Below, piece after piece: positions 57,199 to 64,000 of a DNA stretch of 64,000 nucleotides (position 1 is the first letter of the stretch; every line of letters begins with the position of its first letter). This DNA comes from a virus (Duplodnaviria > Caudoviricetes). Made by a program: the position numbers and the translations under genes. The DNA lies in the IMG/VR virus record IMGVR_UViG_3300027708_000013, one strand, 5' to 3'. The notes below the pieces were generated by a model, which saw only the letters and a list, made by a program, of their open reading frames with translations, had not been told where the DNA came from and searched no databases.

Positions 57199-57426
57199 TT
57201 AACCCCACGCTTTCTTGGCACCGTGTTTTTCATTCCAGTAATAACCAGAAGTATATGCATAGATTTCTTCTGCTGTCATATCGGCTGCTTCTATCCTATC
57301 GCTAACACCAGTACCTGCGGTGTAATAATGAGGGTCAATGCCACGTCCGTAGTAACTGTCTGCTGAACCACGGTCCCAAGGTCCACCGTGTCTTGTATCA
57401 AATTCTTTAACATCATATCTATACAT
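57199..57426 (-). CDS. Conserved small phage protein
   Basis: RHGGPWDRGSADSYYGR..PHYY; promoter TTGACT-17-TATAAT at 57456-57484. Confidence 0.7.
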   Translation of the reverse strand: MYRYDVKEFDTRHGGPWDRGSADSYYGRGIDPHYYTAGTGVSDRIEAADMTAEEIYAYTSGYYWNEKHGAKKAWG

Positions 57427-57503
57427 ATTTGCTCCCGAAGTTTAACTATACTACTATTATAACCAAAATGTCATTTTGAGTCAACCATTTTCCATTGCCA
57501 GGT

Positions 57504-57746
57504 TCATTTTGTGCCCTTGTTCTTTTCTGGCCTATGATCAGCACCTTTGGCCTGACATTGTTTAATAAATTTGGCATCAAGTTTAACACCTGTTCCTGCC
57601 AAGTTAAATTTGTTCAACGCATAGCCCAACTGAGTTGAGTTGGATAAAACCGAACTCACCAGTGATTCAATTTTGCTTTCTGCAATACCCGACTCTAGCA
57701 ATTCTGGTAAATTCTCTAGGATAAACTGCTTGATGATTGGGTTCAT
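57504..57746 (-). CDS. Hypothetical protein
   Basis: 80 aa ORF with AAGGA RBS. Confidence 0.55.
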   Translation of the reverse strand: MNPIIKQFILENLPELLESGIAESKIESLVSSVLSNSTQLGYALNKFNLAGTGVKLDAKFIKQCQAKGADHRPEKNKGTK

Positions 57747-57755
57747 GCTGTGTCC

Positions 57756-57986
57756 TTAGGCTGTTTGTTTGGCGTCCATAATTTCGCAAAGTATGAACTT
57801 GGCAATGTTGATCTGTTTGCGTACAGCATCTTTACTGGCACCACCCGCCAACATTTCTTGTGCATCGCTTAAAACCGACATCACTACCATATCTAAACCG
57901 CTGAGTCTAGCAGTGATACCGTTCATGTATTCTTCACGGATTTGTGATGCATCAATACCATAACAGTTCTTTTCAAATTCAGTCAT
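57756..57986 (-). CDS. Early hypothetical protein
   Basis: AGGAG RBS; promoter 58016-58044. Confidence 0.65.
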   Translation of the reverse strand: MTEFEKNCYGIDASQIREEYMNGITARLSGLDMVVMSVLSDAQEMLAGGASKDAVRKQINIAKFILCEIMDAKQTA

Positions 57987-58015
57987 TTCAGCTCCTAATT
58001 AATTACTATACTAAT

Positions 58016-58050
58016 ATTATAGCAAATGGGGAATTATGGGTCAACCAAAA
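58016..58050 (-). promoter_or_regulatory. sigma70 promoter with operator-like palindrome
   Basis: TTGACC-17-TATAAT; AATTATGG-GTCAA-CCAAAAT. Confidence 0.8.
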
Positions 58051-58053
58051 TGC

Positions 58054-58080
58054 AAAAACCCCGCGAACGGGGTTTTTTTT
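58054..58080. terminator. Intrinsic terminator (bidirectional)
   Basis: aaaaaccccg-cgaa-cggggtttttttt. Confidence 0.85.
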
Positions 58081-58103
58081 GGGTGTTGCTGATTTACAAC
58101 AGT

Positions 58104-58343
58104 TTATTTGGATTTTTTTGGTGCAAACATCTTGGCAAAATCCCACTGTGCCAAGTCGGTTTTAACGCCTTCCACTGCGGCATCTGCAACCTGTTTACCA
58201 GTGTTGTAAAATGTCTTGGTGAATTCGGCCTGTGCGTCTACCACTGCTTCTAAATCTGCACGAAGTTTATCGTGCTCAACGTATGATAAAAATTGCTTGG
58301 TATTTTTTACTGCTGTGTTAACCACTGTATCGATGCTAAACAT
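58104..58343 (-). CDS. Small amphipathic protein, phasin-like
   Basis: IDTVVNTA..TKQF...VDAQAEFTK pattern; AAGGAG RBS. Confidence 0.4.
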   Translation of the reverse strand: MFSIDTVVNTAVKNTKQFLSYVEHDKLRADLEAVVDAQAEFTKTFYNTGKQVADAAVEGVKTDLAQWDFAKMFAPKKSK

Positions 58344-58471
58344 AGTTTTCTCCTTGATTGTTTAATTACTATTGTAACATATATTTATGTGCGAACGCAC
58401 ATTTTTAATTTATTTTTTAACCATATGTTCCCCGCTAAATAATATTATCTATTCGAATAGGAGATATCAAA

Positions 58472-58792
58472 ATGGAAATCATCATTGCACTAGCAGTAGT
58501 TGTTGGATTTGTAGCCTGGTATTACAACCGTAAACCTGCTGTTAAAACTGCAGAAGCAACATTGGAGGAAACACCACCGGTAGCTGTTGAACCGGCACCT
58601 TTTCCAATGGCCAAGGAAACAACACCTGTAGAAGTCAAGGTTGAAGAAGTTGCCGAAGTAGCAAAGCCAGCAAAAGCAAAAAAGCCAGCAGTACAAAAAG
58701 CCACATCCAAGCCAGCAGTTAAAAAAGCTCCGGCTAAAAATGTCACTGCTAAACGTGCAGCAACCAAAGCAAAAAAGACCACAGCAAAATAA
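58472..58792 (+). CDS. Membrane-anchored protein with Lys/Ala-rich histone H1-like tail
   Basis: N-terminal TM then PAKAKKPA..KKAPAK repeats; TAAATA and AGGAG upstream. Confidence 0.7.
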   Translation: MEIIIALAVVVGFVAWYYNRKPAVKTAEATLEETPPVAVEPAPFPMAKETTPVEVKVEEVAEVAKPAKAKKPAVQKATSKPAVKKAPAKNVTAKRAATKAKKTTAK

Positions 58793-58803
58793 TTTTCAGT
58801 TAA

Positions 58804-59913
58804 ATGAACGTTAGCATCTACACACCTGAGTCCTCGGCTCAGGTGTTTCATTATCATCTCAATCGTTGTGTAGGCATTGCGGCTGGCACTTGGAATTACT
58901 GTCACAACATTGATATTTTTTTATCCCAACCCGGGCCACGCATGGCCTGTTTTCAAATACCTTATCCATACGACAGCACTGTGGAACAACAAATAGATCA
59001 AATATATGATCACGTGGATCAAATCTTAATCTTGGGCGCCGAGCTACATCCTAGAACTGTGGATTTTATTCACCGTTACGATAGATCCAAGATCAGCTGG
59101 TTCATTTGTGGAATGTTGGATCGTCCCCTGCAACACAGTAGAACATATCCATTTTTAGATTGGTTTATATCCACTGTACACTTTTACAAAAATGTCAGAC
59201 CCAGTACACTGTACTCTTTAAATTTTAATTGCTCCAAACCGTTGCAGTTTGATGCCTTGCTGGGACGCAAAAAACCACATAGAGATATTGCCTATCAATA
59301 TTTAATTGATCATGACATGATGGATCAAGGTGTGGTAACGTATCTCAATGATGTTTCGGATCAGTTCAACGGCCGTGACCCCGCACGATGGCAGTGGGAA
59401 TCCAAGGGCCTGGCCGGTCATGCAGGTGTACAATGGACAGTGGAACGAGTTGAGTACTACGGGCATAGGATCAGCCTAAGTCAAATTATTCCCATTGATA
59501 TATACAATCAAACTGCCTACAGCCTGGTATGCGAAACTAATTTTGACAATCACTTTGTATTTTACACAGAAAAAACTGTCAAGCCCATTATAGCTCGACG
59601 CCTGTTCGTCATGCTGGGCAATCGATCAGCTTTGGCCAGATTGAGAGATCTGGGATTCCAAACCTTTGACGGCATCATTGATGAAAGTTATGATGATATG
59701 GAATTAACCACTGAGCGACACACAGCCGCAATGCAACAACTTGAATGGTTGTGCCAACAGCCTCAGGCAGAAATCTTAGCAAAAATACAATCTCGCTTGG
59801 ACCACAATTTTAACTTGATGATGTCTCGAGATTGGTATCAACAATTTGCTGAGCCATTTGCAAGAACATTTGTTGAGATTGATCGTACAGTTGGCCGGAA
59901 CCTAAATTCTTAG
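58804..59913 (+). CDS. Hypothetical protein, possibly glycosyltransferase-like
   Basis: LVCET...FYTEKTVKPI...LG...LRDLGFQTFDGIIDESYD motif. Confidence 0.55.
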   Translation: MNVSIYTPESSAQVFHYHLNRCVGIAAGTWNYCHNIDIFLSQPGPRMACFQIPYPYDSTVEQQIDQIYDHVDQILILGAELHPRTVDFIHRYDRSKISWFICGMLDRPLQHSRTYPFLDWFISTVHFYKNVRPSTLYSLNFNCSKPLQFDALLGRKKPHRDIAYQYLIDHDMMDQGVVTYLNDVSDQFNGRDPARWQWESKGLAGHAGVQWTVERVEYYGHRISLSQIIPIDIYNQTAYSLVCETNFDNHFVFYTEKTVKPIIARRLFVMLGNRSALARLRDLGFQTFDGIIDESYDDMELTTERHTAAMQQLEWLCQQPQAEILAKIQSRLDHNFNLMMSRDWYQQFAEPFARTFVEIDRTVGRNLNS

Positions 59914-60892
59914 ACTTACACTCGCACATGATGTCGGCCCACTGCCAATGAGACAGTGCATATTGATTTGCGGCTTGATTCCACATAAAGTCTGAATGGG
60001 CACGTAGTTTTTGTTTTTTATACCCCGATGTCAGTAAGGTATCGAACTCAGGCAAGACTGCGGGATCATGCCCCACCAAGTAATCTTCTCTGCTTTGACT
60101 GTAGTGTACCACAGGACGAACCCCACGCCACGAATCAATTATACGAGCAATTCTATCGTCGGTGGCTTGAATGTAACTTCCACTATGGAGCCAGTGATGG
60201 TGTACATCAAGCACAAGGGCACAATCGTTGGCAAGCTCAAGGCTTGAATCGATTCCCCAGGTGTTTTCGTCGTTTTCGATTGTGATGCAGTTTCTTGCTT
60301 CGGGTGTGAGTCTTTGTAATGTTGATTTAATGCCGGCGGGGCCGCGCCGGCCAGAGATGTGTACGTTGATCTTAAAGTCTTGGAATTGTAAACCGTAGCC
60401 CATCCATCTCGCCATACTTGCATGATATTCAAACTCCTGTATACTTCTATTTACTATTTCATCGCTTTCACTTGCCAACACACAAAACTGTCCCGGGTGG
60501 AAGCTGAGTCGCACATCTAGACGCCTGGCTGTTTCACCAATGGGTGCAAAAATTCGTTCAAGGTGTCGTTGCACATCTGCCTGTTGCCACCAGCCGATCC
60601 AGTCTGCTTCGGTATAACCCTGTAGCATTTCTGATCCCAGTCGCACCATTCTACGTTCAGCGGGCAATGTAGCCACCCGTTCAATCATTTTAACCGCGGC
60701 CGTGGTATTGTGATTCATGATGTCCCACTGGCGCTGTTCAGCTTCAGCAGGATGTTCACGCAACCAACGCATGGTGGTGCTACGTCCGTTTAATTCTCGG
60801 TTGAGGGCATTCACCTTCATGCCTTTTACTTCGGAGGGGTCATCTAGCCATTTGCAGGCAAATCCTAAACGTGGGGTAGTAAATGTAGTCAT
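59810..60892 (-). CDS. uvsE: UV DNA damage endonuclease
   Basis: LGFAC, RLSFHPGQF, TIENDE, LDVHHH, HYSQSR, AHSD, MCECKSKN; ATG 6 nt after the -10 of the promoter at 60899-60927. Confidence 0.93.
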   Translation of the reverse strand: MTTFTTPRLGFACKWLDDPSEVKGMKVNALNRELNGRSTTMRWLREHPAEAEQRQWDIMNHNTTAAVKMIERVATLPAERRMVRLGSEMLQGYTEADWIGWWQQADVQRHLERIFAPIGETARRLDVRLSFHPGQFCVLASESDEIVNRSIQEFEYHASMARWMGYGLQFQDFKINVHISGRRGPAGIKSTLQRLTPEARNCITIENDENTWGIDSSLELANDCALVLDVHHHWLHSGSYIQATDDRIARIIDSWRGVRPVVHYSQSREDYLVGHDPAVLPEFDTLLTSGYKKQKLRAHSDFMWNQAANQYALSHWQWADIMCECKSKNLGSGQLYDQSQQMFLQMAQQIVDTNLETSSS

Positions 60893-60923
60893 ACCGCTAG
60901 TATAGCAGTATATGAATTTCTGG

Positions 60924-61307
60924 TCAAGCAATAAACCCTTGTCCAGTTATCTCATGATACCAAGGGTAAAATGGACCGGGCATAACAAAATACCACAGCC
61001 CCGGTTGGTCAATCCAAGTGGTAGGGGTGCTGGCAAGATGCAAATAACGTGGTAGTACTTCCAATCCATTTACACTAAATTCAACAATTTCCAATGCACC
61101 ACGACATGGTGCCACTATTTCTACGCCAATGCTGACGGGCTCTAACAGATCAAATTTGAAATCAAATAGATTTTCTCCTGCGCCAGTGTACAGATCCATG
61201 GCGTTAATTCTACAATGACTATAAGGTTTGCCGTGACCGACAATGCGTAAGCGTACCAGCAATTGGTCAGCAGTGTCAATAGCCGTAATGTCTGAGAAAT
61301 TGTTCAT
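60924..61307 (-). CDS. Hypothetical protein
   Basis: ...PFYPWYHEITGQG; overlaps the radical SAM gene end. Confidence 0.55.
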   Translation of the reverse strand: MNNFSDITAIDTADQLLVRLRIVGHGKPYSHCRINAMDLYTGAGENLFDFKFDLLEPVSIGVEIVAPCRGALEIVEFSVNGLEVLPRYLHLASTPTTWIDQPGLWYFVMPGPFYPWYHEITGQGFIA

Positions 61308-62583
61308 ATCTAGGAGCATAATCTAAAATGCTGTTTTGTCTGTTGGTTTCAAAAGTCTTTAAGAATCCGACCAATTGTGTTCGTAATGCATCTACATCAC
61401 TGGGTGTAGAATAAGTGGTTAAAAATTGATAGTAATCCAATACTACATTGGCAATAACATCTGGAATAATATCAGACCTACGTATATTGACCTGTTGTGT
61501 TTTTCTTAGATCATATGTTGCAATTAATTGATCAAGTTTGGCCACTATTTCTTGTCGAATGTCGTTGGGTAATAATTCTATACGCAACACCGCAGGTTCG
61601 AATAATATATTACAACTTTCGGCTATGACACGTTTTTCAATCATGTATTCAAACATTTGATCTATTTCATTAACAGTAAAAATGTTTGGTGTTATTCTAA
61701 GGCTAACGTATAATTGAGAATTGTCTCGCAATGCTAAAAATCGATCAATGTTACCAAGTATATTATCAATCTTACCGGGATAGCGTATATAATCATTCAA
61801 CGGAGTAACAGTTTCAATGCTTATGCCTAAATGAAACTCTTTGAATTCCGTGATTAATCGCTCTACTCTGGCATCGTATACCGTGCCATTGGTAGTAGTT
61901 CCTACAATAATGTTTTTGGCCAACCCAGTCTCTATCAGACGTTCGCATATTGTATAAAATGCTGGATCATACAGTGTTTCGCCACCTAAGAAATGTATGT
62001 ATTTCAAATCGGGTATAGTAATCAGTTCTTTAACAAATCTATCCACAGTGGCAGGGTTTCTAGTCCAAGACTGATATGCCACAGGATTGGCAAATTGTAC
62101 AGAATTAAGTTTGTGTAATTTTTTATACTCGGTATGCAGTTGACTACTGGCAACAGGATCGCACATTATGCAGGCACTGTTGCAGGTATTGCCTAAATCA
62201 ATTTGCAAGTCTGTGGGATAGTAATTGCTGTGTCCTTGATTTTGATAACTGTATACAAATCTTTCGTAGTGTGGGCTACTGCGAGCTGTGAGTGCAAAGT
62301 TGTTTGCTTGTATTCCGCTTTTAAGTAATTGTCTTGTGCGTCCATTTAATTTACCAAATGAATCTTCGTAGTAACAAGTCGCACATCCTGAGGGTTTTTT
62401 GCCAGCTAACAAGTCTTGACGTAGCGATTTCATTCTGTCACTGTTGTAAAATTCCATTATACTGGTGTCAGCTAAGTTTACATCATGAGTTTTTGTTTTG
62501 TACCATCTGCATTCTTCAAAACCGCCATCATAGGAGAGGCGCAGGTGGAACCAGGGACTGGAACAAAAAGAATCTTTTAACAT
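61276..62583 (-). CDS. Radical SAM protein with N-terminal SPASM/twitch-like Cys domain
   Basis: CSSPW..CRW..GCATC, CNSACIMC, LGGET, TTNGT. Confidence 0.9.
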   Translation of the reverse strand: MLKDSFCSSPWFHLRLSYDGGFEECRWYKTKTHDVNLADTSIMEFYNSDRMKSLRQDLLAGKKPSGCATCYYEDSFGKLNGRTRQLLKSGIQANNFALTARSSPHYERFVYSYQNQGHSNYYPTDLQIDLGNTCNSACIMCDPVASSQLHTEYKKLHKLNSVQFANPVAYQSWTRNPATVDRFVKELITIPDLKYIHFLGGETLYDPAFYTICERLIETGLAKNIIVGTTTNGTVYDARVERLITEFKEFHLGISIETVTPLNDYIRYPGKIDNILGNIDRFLALRDNSQLYVSLRITPNIFTVNEIDQMFEYMIEKRVIAESCNILFEPAVLRIELLPNDIRQEIVAKLDQLIATYDLRKTQQVNIRRSDIIPDVIANVVLDYYQFLTTYSTPSDVDALRTQLVGFLKTFETNRQNSILDYAPRYEQFLRHYGY

Positions 62584-62587
62584 TGAA

Positions 62588-63820
62588 TTAATCTATAATG
62601 CCAAAGTTAGCCCATTTAGCGTCACCCAGTGATACCCAACCTAGAGGACCACCCAGGCTGGGGTTTTCGTTGAACACCACTGTGCCTTTGGGCAGATTGT
62701 CTGTGGGCGGAGAAGGTCTAGTCAAGAATTGCATATTACCCAGCTTCAATTGAGTTACTTCAGTTGTACCATCGGATTTCAATGTAACGTTGTTTTTACC
62801 GTTGCTGCTTAAAATCAAGTCATGGTCTCTTCTGGTACCAAATTGTGCAGTGTTTAAACTGATCTTGCCCAGGCCCAACTCGATCTCTTCATCCCAAACA
62901 CTGAGTGCTGTTGAAGGATCCATGGTGTTGATACCCACACGTCGATTGGTGGTGTACAAGGTTTCACTCAACAGTGTTTCTCCTGCTGTTTGTAAATCTC
63001 TCAGCACTCCCACTGACTGTAGCCTACTGTTGAGCACTGCTGTGGTCAAAGTGTTGCCTTCGATTACCACTCGGTTATCAATGGTGAGTTGAGCAATGTC
63101 TAGAGTTTGTGTTTGTAAATAGTTTAGTATACGATCCTGTGTGGCCGACGATATGGAATTGACATCTTCCAGTATGTTCTGATAAGTTTGACTATTCCTG
63201 GGAATGGAACCTTTGATAATCAAATCGCCATCTATCACAGCATTGCCTCGCACTTCAATTTGTGCGGCATACAGGGTATTTTCAAACACTGTGCCGGCAT
63301 CCATAATGGTAAGTTGGCACTGTGTGGCTCTGTCGTCAATGCCGGTACTGGCAAAGTTGGCCACAACACCACCAGAGATGTTATCCCCGGAGATGCGTAA
63401 TGAATTTAAGTCTATGGCAGATGCTGGTATGCAGGACGGGGCTAGACTAAGGTGTTGACCTTGAGTGTTGAGTACATCAGTGATGGCAGTTTTAACCATG
63501 GGTTCCAAGTCTATTCTGCTGATTTTTTGATCAACCACTGTGCCAACACGAGCTGTGTAATCTGCGTCAATGCGTTCTATGATGGTATTACCAGCGTCAA
63601 TTATGCGAGCATCCAGGCCTGATAAATCTGGTTGAAAGCGGGCCACTTGCTGGTGTACTTCGGTGGTGATGATGGAGTTGATGCGATCTTCGGTGACCAA
63701 TTCCGCGATGCGTTGAGCAACAGTGTCAGCGATAGACACACGTACCTGTTCCTGTACCTGCTGTAATACCTGCTGAGTGATGTCGTTTACTAGGTTTCCA
63801 AAACTGTCATTGAGTGCCAT
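62588..63820 (-). CDS. Hypothetical protein (helical N-terminus, fibre-like beta C-terminus)
   Basis: 410 aa ORF; RRVGINT, KGTVVFN..P..GGPLGWV. Confidence 0.6.
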   Translation of the reverse strand: MALNDSFGNLVNDITQQVLQQVQEQVRVSIADTVAQRIAELVTEDRINSIITTEVHQQVARFQPDLSGLDARIIDAGNTIIERIDADYTARVGTVVDQKISRIDLEPMVKTAITDVLNTQGQHLSLAPSCIPASAIDLNSLRISGDNISGGVVANFASTGIDDRATQCQLTIMDAGTVFENTLYAAQIEVRGNAVIDGDLIIKGSIPRNSQTYQNILEDVNSISSATQDRILNYLQTQTLDIAQLTIDNRVVIEGNTLTTAVLNSRLQSVGVLRDLQTAGETLLSETLYTTNRRVGINTMDPSTALSVWDEEIELGLGKISLNTAQFGTRRDHDLILSSNGKNNVTLKSDGTTEVTQLKLGNMQFLTRPSPPTDNLPKGTVVFNENPSLGGPLGWVSLGDAKWANFGIID

Positions 63821-63832
63821 TGATTTCCATTT

Positions 63833-64000
63833 TTAATCGAATTTAATAGTAATTACGTGCTGGTATCCTTTTGATGTCAATCCCTTGTACATGAGATTTT
63901 TATGAACTAAAAAGCTACCGGCTCCAGCATCAGTGCTGAATTTTGCTAACTGTTTAAAATACATTGTTCTACGAGCAAATTCACCAAAACTCTTTAACGA
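63833..64000 (-). CDS. 3' end of a CDS that starts outside the window
   Basis: Open frame ...GAGSFLVHKNLMYKGLTSKGYQHVITIKFD*. Confidence 0.6.
   Translation of the reverse strand, partial: SLKSFGEFARRTMYFKQLAKFSTDAGAGSFLVHKNLMYKGLTSKGYQHVITIKFD

Noticed and set aside
1-64000. Bacterial chromosome or prophage origin suggested by clpA, dnaJ, infA, sod and ssrA
   Set aside because: These genes are interspersed with baseplate, tail-fibre and lysis genes, T4-like late promoters and dense small unknown ORFs; no integrase or host operon structure is seen.

Overview
This window is a 64 kb segment of a large lytic dsDNA tailed phage (T4-like or jumbo type), almost entirely coded on the minus strand. 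From left to right it contains: a chaperone/protease pair (ClpA-like, J-domain protein); a complete lysis cassette (GH19 endolysin, spanin pair, holin); a Bug/TctC-centred enzyme island; PhoH; a clamp loader; GroES; a stand-alone DnaE-like fragment; a baseplate/tail-fibre block; ErpA, radical SAM, SOD and an amidinotransferase cluster; IF-1; a tandem array of small paralogues ending in F-x-L-R/K-W/Y; a DNA ligase; a long early region of small genes, each behind a near-consensus sigma70 promoter; a second Bug island; a circularly permuted two-piece tmRNA with an adjacent unexplained structured RNA; a late operon with a multi-domain polyprotein; UvsE; and a second radical SAM gene. Two promoter classes are visible: TTGACn-17-TATAAT (early) and TAAATA (T4 late-like). 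The two Bug proteins and spanins suggest a Gram-negative, probably betaproteobacterial, host (inference). No rRNA, complete tRNA, CRISPR array, integrase or transposase was seen. Product calls come from motif recognition only; no database searches were run.
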